This document shows positions 1 through 9,208 of a stretch of 64,000 nt of DNA, piece by piece (the first letter of the stretch is position 1; each line of letters opens with the position of its first letter). The stretch comes from Klebsiella pneumoniae (GTDB lineage: Bacteria; Desulfobacterota; Binatia; UBA12015): assembly GCA_945872365.1 (NCBI GenBank), contig CAMBZJ010000004.1:68265-132264 (forward strand). Reading direction: 5' to 3'. Made by a program: the position numbers and the translations under genes. The notes beneath the pieces are model-generated. The model had not been told where the DNA came from, ran no database searches, and worked only from the letters and a program-made list of their open reading frames with translations.

Positions 1-389
1 ACGACCCCGGTGATCGCAGGGGATGCCGCCAGCGGTTCGACGAAGGCCGCTTCGCCGACGACCCTGATGCGAGGCGTGCCCGGCCCGAGCGCCAAGAGCA
101 CCCCGACGCCTTCCTCGGGGTTGGGCGACACCCGGCGCACCGCGGTCACGGCGAAGGGAATCTCGGCCGACCCGACGAGGAGCACGACGTCGATCATGCG
201 GGTGGGATCGCCCTTGCCGATCACGCCTTCCATGCGGACGATGTTGAAACCGAATCGACCCTGTTGCGCCGCGGCTGGCCGGCCTGCAGCGAGCAGTAAG
301 AGGGCGCCCAGGACGCAGGTTCGCAGAGCGGGTGGGCTCGGGCTGCGCTGGTGCTGCCGGGCGGGCGTCGAGGTCCGTGGCACGATCAT
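1..389 (-). CDS. Hypothetical secreted protein, partial (5' part in window, continues beyond coordinate 1)
   Basis: Minus-strand frame open from ATG at 389..387 to the window edge. Translation MIVPRTSTPARQHQRSPSPPALRTCVLGALLLLAAGRPAAAQQGRFGFNIVRMEG... has a signal-peptide-like hydrophobic stretch. Not in the ORF track because it runs off the edge. The overlapping plus ORF 10..462 is low-complexity junk. Confidence 0.4.
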   Translation of the reverse strand, partial: MIVPRTSTPARQHQRSPSPPALRTCVLGALLLLAAGRPAAAQQGRFGFNIVRMEGVIGKGDPTRMIDVVLLVGSAEIPFAVTAVRRVSPNPEEGVGVLLALGPGTPRIRVVGEAAFVEPLAASPAITGV

Positions 390-446
390 GGCCGACGGGC
401 CTAGCGGCCGGGCGCAACACGGGCAACCGCGGGCCAAGGCCGAAGC

Positions 447-1139
447 GTGCGGCGGCCGATGATCTCGGTCGTGGTGCCCGCACTCGACGAGGCGAGCGGC
501 ATTGCCGTCTGTCTCGCCTCGGCGCGCGACCCTCACGTCGCGGATATCATCGTCGTCGACGGCGGGAGCCGCGACGCGACCTCGGAACTCGCTGGTCGGC
601 TGGCCGACCGCGTCCTCCGCGCCGCGCCGGGGCGCGCCCTCCAGATGAATGCGGGAGCCGCGATCGCGCGCGGCGACGTCCTGCTCTTTCTCCACGCGGA
701 CAGCCGCCTGCCCGCGGGGTTCGGCGCCTCGGTGACCCGGGCGATCGAGGGCGGTGCCGTCGGTGGGCGCTTCGACGTGCGGCTGCGGGGCCGGCATCCC
801 GGCTTTCCGCTGCTCGGCGCGGCCATCAACGCACGATCGCGCTGGAGTGGAATCGCAACCGGCGATCAGGCGATCTTCGTGCGTCGCACGACCTTCGACG
901 CCATCGGCGGGTTCGAGCCGATTCCCCTCATGGAGGACGTCCGCCTCAGTAGGACACTCGGCCGCTGCGGCTCGTTCGTGGCGTTGCGTGATCGGGTCGA
1001 GACCTCCGGGCGGCGCTGGGAGGAATACGGCTTCGTGCGAACCGTGCTCCTGATGTGGCGCTTGCGGTTCCTGCACGCCTGCGGGGTTCCGCCCGAGGAT
1101 CTGGTCGGACGCTACCCGCCGCACCGCGCGCGCGAATGA
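447..1139 (+). CDS. Family 2 glycosyltransferase (TIGR04283-like)
   Basis: MISVVVPALDEASGIAVCLAS...IIVVDGGSRDATSELA...ED; GT-A fold motifs. Confidence 0.8.
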   Translation: MRRPMISVVVPALDEASGIAVCLASARDPHVADIIVVDGGSRDATSELAGRLADRVLRAAPGRALQMNAGAAIARGDVLLFLHADSRLPAGFGASVTRAIEGGAVGGRFDVRLRGRHPGFPLLGAAINARSRWSGIATGDQAIFVRRTTFDAIGGFEPIPLMEDVRLSRTLGRCGSFVALRDRVETSGRRWEEYGFVRTVLLMWRLRFLHACGVPPEDLVGRYPPHRARE

Positions 1140-1155
1140 CGGTTCGGGGCCCGGG

Positions 1156-1410
1156 TCAGGCCTCGGGTCGTTCGTCGGCCGGATCGACCCTGTCGTTCTC
1201 AGCGGGGAAGGTGAGCGCGAGTTCCTCGGCCTGCCTCTTGCCGGTGAGGGGGTTCTCGACGACGATGTAGGTCACCGCGCGGCCGGCCTGCAGTTCCTCG
1301 ATCGAATCCTCCGGGACGTGGCTCACGTGGAAGAAGATCGAGCGATTCGACCCCTCGGGCGTGATGAAGCCAAAGCCGCGGTCGGCGATGTAGTTCGCGA
1401 TTCGACCGTT
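1156..1410 (-). CDS. Cold-shock domain protein (CspA family); start codon not identifiable
   Basis: Translation NGRIANYIADRGFGFITPEGSNRSIFFHVSHV...LQAGRAVTYIVVENPLTGKRQAEELALT matches the CSD RNP1/RNP2 motifs. The frame is open only from a TGA at 1449..1447 and has no ATG/GTG/TTG before GFGFI. Not in the ORF track. Confidence 0.6.
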   Translation of the reverse strand, partial: NGRIANYIADRGFGFITPEGSNRSIFFHVSHVPEDSIEELQAGRAVTYIVVENPLTGKRQAEELALTFPAENDRVDPADERPEA

Positions 1411-2612
1411 GGCGCGGGAGCTCGGGCGGCGAGCGTCGCCGCGATCTCACCGGGCAGCGGTTGGTCGACCGGCTCGCGGCGGGGCACGTCCGGCGCGCCC
1501 TCCACCTCCTGCAAAAGCGCGCGGGCGCGCGCGTCGGTCGGATCGTGGTCGAGCGCGTTGCGCAGTCGTGCGAGTGCCGTGGTGCGGTCGCCGTGCTCCC
1601 AGGCGATTTCTGCCATGGTGCGGTGGACTTCGACCGCGAGCGAGGAGTGTGGCGGCACCCGGCCCGCGCTGAGGCGCTCGAGGACCTCGAGCGCGGTGAC
1701 CGGACGGCCGAGTGCGCGATGCAGGTTCGCCAACTCGATACGGATCTGGACCTCGCCCCGCGGGTGGCGTTCCAGTGCGTGCTGCAGGGACGAGGCCGCC
1801 TCGGCATGGCGGCCTCGCGCGAGAAGAAAGCGGCTGAGCCCGAGAAGCGCCACGCTTCCCTTGGGCATGGCCACGGCCTCGAGGAGGACCACCTCGGCCT
1901 CCGCCTCCCGCCCGCTGGTCTCGAGCGCGAGGCCCAGCCGTTCGAGAATCGCGGCAGACGACGGATCGAGGCGGCGGGCTTCGGTCAGCAGTGCGATGGC
2001 CCGCTCGGCGTCTCCGTCGCGGAGGTGAGTGGCTGCGGCGCTAGCGAGGAGATGCTCGCGCTTGATCGCTGCATCGGGCCGAGCGTCGAGTCGTTCGCAG
2101 CGCTCGAGTATTTCACGCGCGCGGGTGGTCTCCCCGATCTCGCGGCTGTTGCGGGCAAGGTGGAAGAGCACCTGCGATTGGATCCCGAGGCTGCGCTCCC
2201 GCTGGGCGGGGTTCGCACCCGTCCAAGCGTGGTCCGCGGCTTCCAGGTTCGCCGCCGCCTCGCGCGGACGATGCAGTCGCTCGAGGCAATAGCCGCGGCG
2301 GAACAGCGCCAGATGATAGTCGGGAAACGTGGCCAGCGCGTGGTCGTACCAGGAGATCGCACGCGCCCAGCGCTTGGCACGCTGGAAGAACCAGCCCGTC
2401 TGCGCATGGTACAGGGCGGCGCGGCTCGGGTGGAGTTCCGCGCAGCGCGAGTAGAAGCGCTCGACCTTGGTGGCATTTCCGGCGATCGAGTGAGCGCGGG
2501 CCACCCGGACCAGGAGGTCGAGATCCTTCCACTCGGGGCCGCCGACCTCGTCAAGGTCGCCCCAGCGGACGAGAACCGGGTCGAGGTCGCCTTGTCGTCC
2601 GGCTTCCGTCAA
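1323..2612 (-). CDS. TPR-repeat protein
   Basis: Multiple TPR-like repeats (AISWYDHALATFPDYHLALFRRGYCLERL..., ALEVLERLSAGR...). The likely start is TTG at 2612..2610, overlapping the purN stop (TTGA). The low-complexity C-terminal tail overlaps the csp 5' region in another frame. Confidence 0.6.
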   Translation of the reverse strand: MTEAGRQGDLDPVLVRWGDLDEVGGPEWKDLDLLVRVARAHSIAGNATKVERFYSRCAELHPSRAALYHAQTGWFFQRAKRWARAISWYDHALATFPDYHLALFRRGYCLERLHRPREAAANLEAADHAWTGANPAQRERSLGIQSQVLFHLARNSREIGETTRAREILERCERLDARPDAAIKREHLLASAAATHLRDGDAERAIALLTEARRLDPSSAAILERLGLALETSGREAEAEVVLLEAVAMPKGSVALLGLSRFLLARGRHAEAASSLQHALERHPRGEVQIRIELANLHRALGRPVTALEVLERLSAGRVPPHSSLAVEVHRTMAEIAWEHGDRTTALARLRNALDHDPTDARARALLQEVEGAPDVPRREPVDQPLPGEIAATLAARAPAPTVESRTTSPTAALASSRPRGRIARSSST

Positions 2613-3214
2613 GTGAACCCACCGAGAACGCGGCGACCGGAGATGCGCAGGCCGCCATGTGCGAGTTTCTGGAGGGCGAGCGGGTAGAGTCGATGCTCTT
2701 CTGCGAGGACCCGGGCCGCCAGGCTCTCCTCGGTGTCGTCGTCGAGGATCGGGACGGCGGCCTGCGCGATGATCGCTCCGTGATCCATCTTCTCGTCCAC
2801 GTAATGGATGGTGACGCCGGCGAGCCGCACGCCGTACTCGAGCGCCTGTCGCTGGGCGTGCAGCCCGGGAAAAGCGGGGAGCAGTGCGGGATGGACGTTC
2901 AGTACGCGTCCGGGGAACGCCGCGAGGAACACCGGCGTCACGATCCGATCGAAGCCGGCGAGGGCGACCGAGTCGGTGCCGTGCTGGCGGAGGACCTCGA
3001 CGAGAGTTGCATCGTAGCTCGCCCGGTCGGCATGGCCCCCGTGTGGCAGGATCGCGATGGGCACGCCGTGGCGACGGGCGTGCTCCAGGCCGGTGGCCTC
3101 CGGGCGATTCGTCACGACAAGAGTGGGCGTGGCATCGAGACGGCCCTCCGCGATGGCGCGCAGGATCGCTTCCAGGTTCGAACCACGACCGGAGATGAGG
3201 ACGGCGAGTTTCAT
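2609..3214 (-). CDS. purN: Phosphoribosylglycinamide formyltransferase
   Basis: MKLAVLISGRGSNLEAIL...NVHPALLPAFPGLHAQRQALEYGV; ATG at 3214. Confidence 0.9.
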   Translation of the reverse strand: MKLAVLISGRGSNLEAILRAIAEGRLDATPTLVVTNRPEATGLEHARRHGVPIAILPHGGHADRASYDATLVEVLRQHGTDSVALAGFDRIVTPVFLAAFPGRVLNVHPALLPAFPGLHAQRQALEYGVRLAGVTIHYVDEKMDHGAIIAQAAVPILDDDTEESLAARVLAEEHRLYPLALQKLAHGGLRISGRRVLGGFT

Positions 3215-3324
3215 GGGGGTTCTCTCGTGTTGGGATGGGCCGCTCGGCGGCGTCGGGAGTAAATCGGCGTCCTTTTCTAGCCCGAAGCGGTACGGCCGGC
3301 AAGCCGGAGCTATTCGGCAAAAAT

Positions 3325-4050
3325 TTATTTCCCGGGTCGTAGAGTACGGCCGAGCGTCCACAGTTCGACCCGCCGCGCCCCGGCCCGGCGCAGGACGCTG
3401 GCACACTCGTCGGAGGTGGCTCCGGAGGTGAGGACGTCGTCGACCAGGAGGATGCTCCGACCTTCGACCGCTGCGGCGTCGCGCACCCGGAACGCCCCGC
3501 GTACATTCGCCTCCCGCGCTCCCCGGCCGAGCGCCGTCTGGCTGGCTCCGCCGCGCAGTCGTCGCAGGGCCGCCAGGACCGGAAGGGCCCGCGTCGAGGC
3601 TACCGCACGGGCCAAGACGGCCGCCTGGTCGAATCCTCGGCGCAGCAGACGCGCCCTGCGCATCGGAGTCGGCACGATGGCGTCCGCATCGGTCTCGAAA
3701 GCGCGGGTGCGTTCTGCGAACAGGCGTGCGAGGCAGGCGCCGATCGCATGGTCGCCCTGGTACTTCCAGCGCACGAGAGCCGTCCGCAGGAGGGCGCCCC
3801 CATCTCCGGCCCGGTAGGGCAGACAGGCACGGGTTCGCTCGACGGCGGGTGGGCTCACCGTGCAACGATCGCAAGGGTTTCTCTCGCCCGGTTCCGCACA
3901 CTTGCCGCAGCCATCGGGCAAAGGGGCGAGGCGGCGGCGACAGGATCGGCAGGGGGCAGGAGGACTTGCCAGGGGCCGGTCGCGGCCGCAAAGAGGGCAG
4001 GCGGGCGGGTAGATGACCGCGGCGAGAACCTCTAGAAGGGTCGTTGCCAT
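3325..4050 (-). CDS. comF: ComF-family phosphoribosyltransferase-domain protein
   Basis: N-terminal Cys-rich zinc-finger-like region (CPLCG...CRSC...CGKC...CDRC) and C-terminal PRTase motif ILLVDDVLTSGAT. Confidence 0.75.
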   Translation of the reverse strand: MATTLLEVLAAVIYPPACPLCGRDRPLASPPAPCRSCRRRLAPLPDGCGKCAEPGERNPCDRCTVSPPAVERTRACLPYRAGDGGALLRTALVRWKYQGDHAIGACLARLFAERTRAFETDADAIVPTPMRRARLLRRGFDQAAVLARAVASTRALPVLAALRRLRGGASQTALGRGAREANVRGAFRVRDAAAVEGRSILLVDDVLTSGATSDECASVLRRAGARRVELWTLGRTLRPGK

Positions 4051-4139
4051 CGCCGGGAGCCGGATAGGCGAGCCGAAGGGGCGCGTCGATGGCTTGGGCG
4101 TCATGAATGGGCGGGGCCCGCGACCGCGAAAGCCGGAAC

Positions 4140-4325
4140 ATGTTTCGTTTTCTTCTGGGAAGCGCTATCGGGGGGGCTCTGACCTGGTGGTCTCTGACCG
4201 GGCAGGTTCCATTCAGCGACGACGCGACGACGTGGCTCTCGAAGGCGGCCTCGGGGTATACGCCGGGTGCGTATGCACCGGACCGGGAAGAGGATCTGAT
4301 CCGCCCCCGGGACCGAACCAGGTGA
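4140..4325 (+). CDS. Small hypothetical membrane protein
   Basis: MFRFLLGSAIGGALTWWSL is TM-like; short ORF in a lower-GC spacer upstream of greA; weak. Confidence 0.25.
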   Translation: MFRFLLGSAIGGALTWWSLTGQVPFSDDATTWLSKAASGYTPGAYAPDREEDLIRPRDRTR

Positions 4326-4335
4326 AGGAAGTCCG

Positions 4336-4830
4336 ATGTTTCTACCCATCGTCGAGCGTCTGAAGCTCGAACTGGCCGAGAAGCAGCGCGAACTGCAGCA
4401 GGACCTCCCGGCTCGGCTCGAGGAGGCGCGGGCGCACGGCGACTTGCGCGAGAACGCCGAGTACGAAGCGGCCAAGAACCGGCAGGGAATCCTGCGGGCC
4501 CAGGTCGCCCAACTCCAGACCAGGATCCGGGAGCTTTCGGTCTACACGATCGCGCAGATCCCGCGTGATCGGATTTCCTATGGCAGCCGCGTGACGGTCG
4601 AGGATGCCGACTCGGGCGAGTCGATCGAGTACCGCCTGGTATTCCCGGAGGAAGTCGACGCCGCCATGGGTCTGATCTCGATCAGTTCGCCGATCGGGCA
4701 GGGACTCGTCAACCGGACCGCGGGCGACGAAGTGACCGTGCAGACGCCTCGCGGTCGCAAGACCTACCAGGTGTTGAGCGTCGTCACGCTCCACGATCAG
4801 CCGGACGCGCTCGGCGACAAGCGAGCATGA
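4336..4830 (+). CDS. greA: Transcription elongation factor GreA
   Basis: HGDLRENAEYEAAKNRQ coiled-coil motif and C-terminal FKBP-like domain. Confidence 0.85.
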   Translation: MFLPIVERLKLELAEKQRELQQDLPARLEEARAHGDLRENAEYEAAKNRQGILRAQVAQLQTRIRELSVYTIAQIPRDRISYGSRVTVEDADSGESIEYRLVFPEEVDAAMGLISISSPIGQGLVNRTAGDEVTVQTPRGRKTYQVLSVVTLHDQPDALGDKRA

Positions 4831-6653
4831 AAAAGCCGGAGGCCGAGACGCTGCGGAGCTTGCCGGAGATGTTCTTCCGTCGGTCCGCTCGCTACGGAGA
4901 CAAGCCGCGCTACCGGGTGTTTCGCGAAGGCACCTGGCAGGAGTTCACGTGGCGCGACATGGAGACGGCCGTGCGCGAGATCGCGGCCGGGCTGATCGCG
5001 CTCGGCCTCGAACCGGGGCAACGGGCCGCGATCTTCTCCGGGACCCGTCCGGAATGGCTCGAAGCCGATCTCGGCATCCAGTCGACGGGGGGCGTGACGA
5101 TCCCGATCTACCAGTCGAACCTTACCAACGAGGCCGGCTACATCCTGCGCGACTCGGATTCGGGTTTTGTCTTTTGCGACGGGGAGAAGACACTCGCCAA
5201 GGTGAGGGAGGCGGTCGCCGCCGGCATCACGCTCGACGACGAAAGCCACGCCGACGTGAAGGTGCACAAGATCATCCTCATCGAGGGCGCCGCCACGGGC
5301 GAAGACGTCATGACGCTCGCGGATCTGCGGCGCATGGGGCGAGGCAACGCCGCAGCGGTGGCACGGGTGGACGAGAGGATCGCCGCCATCGATCGCGGCG
5401 ACATCGCGACCATCGTCTACACGTCGGGCACGACAGGCTCGCCCAAGGGCGTCGTCCAGTCGCACCACAATCACCTCTCGATGATCGAGAACAGTGCCCG
5501 CATCAACGTACTCGACGAGGGCGAGGTGGACTTCTTCTTCCTGCCGCTCGCGCACTCCTTTGCCCGCTTCGTGGGCTACTTCGGCCTCTACGCGGGCAGT
5601 GTGACGGCTTACGCGCGCAGCATCGACACGCTCGCCGACGACATCAAGGCGACCCGCCCCCACGTGATCCCGGCCGTACCTCGGATCTACGAGAAGATCT
5701 TCGGCAAGATCCAGTCCACGGCCGAGGCAGGCGGCTGGCTGAAGAAGCAGATCTTCGATTGGGCCGTCGCGGTGGGCAAGCGGCGCAGCGCCTGCCTGCA
5801 GGCCAAGGAGTCCCCGCCCATGCTGCTCGAACTGCAGTATGCTCTCGCCGACCGGCTGGTCTTCGCGAAGTTGCGCGACCTGCTCGGCGGCAACATCCGG
5901 ATCATGATCTCCGGAGCCTCGCCGCTCGCGCGCGAGATCCAGGAATTCTTCCACGCGGCCGGGTTGCTGATCCTCGAAGGCTACGGCCTCACGGAGACGA
6001 CCCCGGCGCTCACGATGAACCGGCCCGACGACTTCAAGTTCGGCAGCGTCGGGAAGCCCATCCCGGAGGTCGAGTTGCGGATCGCCTCCGACGGCGAGAT
6101 CTTCGCGAAGGCCCCCAACGTCGCGCTCGGCTACTACCGTCGGCCGGAGGAGACGGCGGCTTCCTGGGATCGGGAGGGCTGGTTCCATACTGGCGACATC
6201 GGCGAGATCGACGCCGAGGGCTTCCTGCGGATCACCGACCGAAAGAAGGACCTGATCAAGACTTCGGGCGGCAAGTACGTGGCACCGCAGAAGATCGAGA
6301 ACCTGCTGAAGATGCAGGCCCACATAAGCCAGGCCGTGGTTATCGGCGACAACCGCAAGTACTGCACGGTTCTCCTCGCTCTCGATCCCGACTCGGTACC
6401 ACAGTTCGCGCAGCGTTTCGGCCTCGCGAACGACCCGGAGCAGGTCGCGCGCCACCCCGAGGTCCAGAAGGTCATCGAGGAGCAGGTGAAGAAGGTGAAC
6501 GAGAAACTCGCTTCGTGGGAGAGCGTCAAGTACTTCCGCATCCTGCCACGGGAACTGTCGGAGGCCGGGGGGGAGCTCACGCCCTCGCTCAAGGTGAAGC
6601 GCAAGTCGGTCGCCAGCCACTACGGCGCCCTCATCGAGGAGATGTACTCCTAG
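4827..6653 (+). CDS. Long-chain fatty-acid--CoA ligase (AMP-binding)
   Basis: YTSGTTGSPKGV AMP-binding signature; C-terminal GWFHTGD...TDRKKDLIKTSGGKYV. Confidence 0.9.
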   Translation: MKKPEAETLRSLPEMFFRRSARYGDKPRYRVFREGTWQEFTWRDMETAVREIAAGLIALGLEPGQRAAIFSGTRPEWLEADLGIQSTGGVTIPIYQSNLTNEAGYILRDSDSGFVFCDGEKTLAKVREAVAAGITLDDESHADVKVHKIILIEGAATGEDVMTLADLRRMGRGNAAAVARVDERIAAIDRGDIATIVYTSGTTGSPKGVVQSHHNHLSMIENSARINVLDEGEVDFFFLPLAHSFARFVGYFGLYAGSVTAYARSIDTLADDIKATRPHVIPAVPRIYEKIFGKIQSTAEAGGWLKKQIFDWAVAVGKRRSACLQAKESPPMLLELQYALADRLVFAKLRDLLGGNIRIMISGASPLAREIQEFFHAAGLLILEGYGLTETTPALTMNRPDDFKFGSVGKPIPEVELRIASDGEIFAKAPNVALGYYRRPEETAASWDREGWFHTGDIGEIDAEGFLRITDRKKDLIKTSGGKYVAPQKIENLLKMQAHISQAVVIGDNRKYCTVLLALDPDSVPQFAQRFGLANDPEQVARHPEVQKVIEEQVKKVNEKLASWESVKYFRILPRELSEAGGELTPSLKVKRKSVASHYGALIEEMYS

Positions 6654-6733
6654 AATCCGACCGAGTTCTGCGAAGTTGCAGCCCCTCAGGGTGCATGTTA
6701 CCCCACTTGGCGTCTAGGCCGTCTCGGGAGCGA

Positions 6734-6761
6734 AAGCGGGCCACGTGCCCGCTTTTTTTTT
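6734..6761 (+). terminator. Rho-independent terminator after the acyl-CoA ligase
   Basis: GC stem AGCGGGCCACGTGCCCGCT followed by a T9 tract. Confidence 0.7.
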
Positions 6762-6866
6762 CCGAGGCGCCGACGGCGTCGAGGGATTCCGCAACAGGGG
6801 GTTCGATCGGGAGAGCAGGGAGTGGCCGGCACTCCGCCGTCGGCGGGGCCGGACCGGGGCGCGACG

Positions 6867-7358
6867 ATGGCGAGGAGCTCGGTGGAAGACACGGTGACAC
6901 GACTGGTCGAGCCTGTTGCGCAGGAGCGCGGCATGGAGCTCGTCGACGTCGAGTTCCACCCTGCCGGTCGCCGCTCCGTCCTTCGCCTGACGATGGACCG
7001 CGAGGGGGGCATCGGTCTCGACGAGCTTGCCGAGGCGAGCCGCGAGGTGAGTGACCTCCTCGACGCCCACGACGCGGTCCCGGGCATCTACACGCTGGAG
7101 TGTTCCTCGCCGGGCATCAACCGGCCGCTGCGCAAAGCCGCCGACTTCGCGCGCTTCGTCGGCAAGCCGGTCCGGGTGAAGACCCACGCACCGATCGACG
7201 GCGCCCGCGTCTTCGTCGGGCGGCTCGCCGCAGCGGATCCCGAGACGATCGAGGTCGAGGACGCCTCGCGCGGTCGGGTAGTCGTCCCGATCGCGGACGT
7301 GGAACGGGCCAACTACGAGCATGATTTCGCCGAGGGGCGCCGCAGCAAGCGCTCCTGA
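6867..7358 (+). CDS. rimP: Ribosome maturation factor RimP
   Basis: VTRLVEPVAQERGMELVDVEF...YTLECSSPGINRPL. Confidence 0.85.
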   Translation: MARSSVEDTVTRLVEPVAQERGMELVDVEFHPAGRRSVLRLTMDREGGIGLDELAEASREVSDLLDAHDAVPGIYTLECSSPGINRPLRKAADFARFVGKPVRVKTHAPIDGARVFVGRLAAADPETIEVEDASRGRVVVPIADVERANYEHDFAEGRRSKRS

Positions 7359-7377
7359 GCGATCGGAGGATTCCGCC

Positions 7378-8847
7378 ATGGACCAACTTCAGCTGAGCCG
7401 GGTGATCGAACAGGTCAGCAAGGAGAAGCAGATTGATCGCGAAGTCGTCATCGAAGCGATCGAGAGTGCCATGGTCCAGGCCGCCAAGCGGCAATACGGT
7501 CTCAACCGCCTGATCGAAGCCAAGTACAACGTCGAGATCGGAGACGTCGAACTTTTCGAGATCAAGCGCGTGGTCGACCTGGTCGTGGACGCGGAAAACG
7601 AGATTACTTTCGAGGTGGCCCGCAGGGATCTCGACGACCAAGCCGAGGTGGGCGACGAGATCCTGAAGAAGTTACCGCGGATCGACGGCCGCATCGCTGC
7701 CCAGACGGCGAAACAGGGCATCATCCAGAAGGTCCGCGATGCCGAGCGGCAGATCATCTACAACGAGTTCAAGGACCGCAAGGGCGAGATCTTCTCCGGC
7801 ACGGTGCAGCGCTTCGAGAAGAAGAACATCATCGTGAACCTCGGGCGCACCGACGCCATCCTCCCCGAGAAGGAGCAGATTCCACGCGAGCGCTACCGGC
7901 AGGGCGATCGTATTCGGGCCTACATCTACGACGTCGACCTGACCGCGAAGGGCCCGCAGATCGTCCTGAGCCGGACCCACCCGAACCTGCTCATCGAACT
8001 CTTCCGGCAGGAGGTCCCCGAGATCTACGAGGGGATCGTCGAGGTCAAGGCCGCCGTTCGGGAGCCGGGGGGGCGCGCCAAGATCGCGGTCGTGTCGCAT
8101 GACCGCGAGGTCGACCCGGTCGGCGCCTGCGTCGGCATGCGCGGTACGCGGGTCCAGTCGGTCGTGCAGGAATTGCGCGGCGAGAAGATTGACATCATCC
8201 ACTATACGCCGGATCCAGCCGAGTTCGTTTGCCGGGCCCTCGCGCCTGCCAAGGTCTCGAAGATCATCCTCGACGAGGGCGAGCACCTGATGGAGGTGAT
8301 CGTCCCCGACGACCAACTCTCACTCGCGATCGGAAAGAAGGGTCAGAACGTCACGCTCGCCTCGCGCCTGACGGGCTGGAAGCTCGACATCCGCGGGGAG
8401 GCCGAGGCGGACGAGGAGGCGCGCAACGCGCGAGCCTCGTTGCTCTCGATCCCGGGTCTGAGCGACGTCACGGCGGAGATCTTCCTGCAGAACAACTTCA
8501 AGTCGGCCGAAGACCTGGCCGCCGCCGATCTGGATATGGTCGCGGAGATCGAGGGAATCGGGCCCGAGCGCGCGCTGGGCATCCTCGAGTCGGCCCGTGA
8601 ACACGTCCGCGACAAGCAGGCTCGGGCGGCGGAACAGGCCCTCGTAGCGGCGGAAGAGGCCCGTGTCGCGGCGGAACAGGCCCTCGTAGCGGCGGAAGAG
8701 GCCCGGCTCGCCGCGGAGGCGGCGGCGAACGCACCCGCGGTGGTCGATGCGGCCGGCGACCTCGTCGTGGGCTCGGACGAGGCCGCACCGGGTCCGGATC
8801 TCGCCCTGGTGGTTCCCGCGGTCGACGGGGAGCCCGGCCAGGGATGA
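7378..8847 (+). CDS. nusA: Transcription termination/antitermination factor NusA
   Basis: S1 and KH domains (GDRIRAYIYDV..., VDPVGACVGMRGTRVQ). GGAGGA RBS at 7364. The C-terminus carries a tandem-repeat extension. Confidence 0.95.
   Translation: MDQLQLSRVIEQVSKEKQIDREVVIEAIESAMVQAAKRQYGLNRLIEAKYNVEIGDVELFEIKRVVDLVVDAENEITFEVARRDLDDQAEVGDEILKKLPRIDGRIAAQTAKQGIIQKVRDAERQIIYNEFKDRKGEIFSGTVQRFEKKNIIVNLGRTDAILPEKEQIPRERYRQGDRIRAYIYDVDLTAKGPQIVLSRTHPNLLIELFRQEVPEIYEGIVEVKAAVREPGGRAKIAVVSHDREVDPVGACVGMRGTRVQSVVQELRGEKIDIIHYTPDPAEFVCRALAPAKVSKIILDEGEHLMEVIVPDDQLSLAIGKKGQNVTLASRLTGWKLDIRGEAEADEEARNARASLLSIPGLSDVTAEIFLQNNFKSAEDLAAADLDMVAEIEGIGPERALGILESAREHVRDKQARAAEQALVAAEEARVAAEQALVAAEEARLAAEAAANAPAVVDAAGDLVVGSDEAAPGPDLALVVPAVDGEPGQG
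8626..8709 (+). repeat. 2 x 42-bp near-perfect tandem repeat inside the nusA 3' end
   Basis: GCGGCGGAACAGGCCCTCGTAGCGGCGGAAGAGGCCCG(T/G)(G/C)TC twice; encodes AAEQALVAAEEAR(V/L) twice. Confidence 0.9.
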
Positions 8848-9194
8848 CCCGAGCCCGCAATACACTGCGAACCGCCCCGAAGGCTCACGCGGCGCTGCGC
8901 CCTCGCGGCGGAGGGTCCCTGCACGTACCGGTTCGCATCTGCGCCGGATGTGGGCGTCCGGCCCCGCAAGTCGAGATGCGTCGACTCGCGCTCGGGGCCG
9001 GTCGCGCCACGGTCGAGTGGCGCAAGAGCGGCGGGCGGGGTACTTACCTGCACCAGGCGGGGGAGTGCGAGCGGCTCTTCGTCGCTGGCAAGAGAAGGTT
9101 ACCCGGACTGCGGGCCTTGGTGCCGCGCGCGGCACGGGAGGCTCTTCTCGGTCTGGGTGAACGGCCGCCCCGCGTCGGGTCGGACAGGTCGTAA
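8844..9194 (+). CDS. ylxR: YlxR/DUF448-family protein
   Basis: [20 protein letters not shown]; canonical position between nusA and infB; ATGA overlap with the nusA stop. Confidence 0.75.
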   Translation: MTRARNTLRTAPKAHAALRPRGGGSLHVPVRICAGCGRPAPQVEMRRLALGAGRATVEWRKSGGRGTYLHQAGECERLFVAGKRRLPGLRALVPRAAREALLGLGERPPRVGSDRS

Positions 9195-9208
9195 AGGACG
9201 CGCAGCGT

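Noticed and set aside
10-462. Plus-strand 150-aa ORF at the window start
   Set aside because: The translation is low complexity. The opposite strand encodes a more protein-like secreted-protein N-terminus, and the GT2 gene starts at 447.
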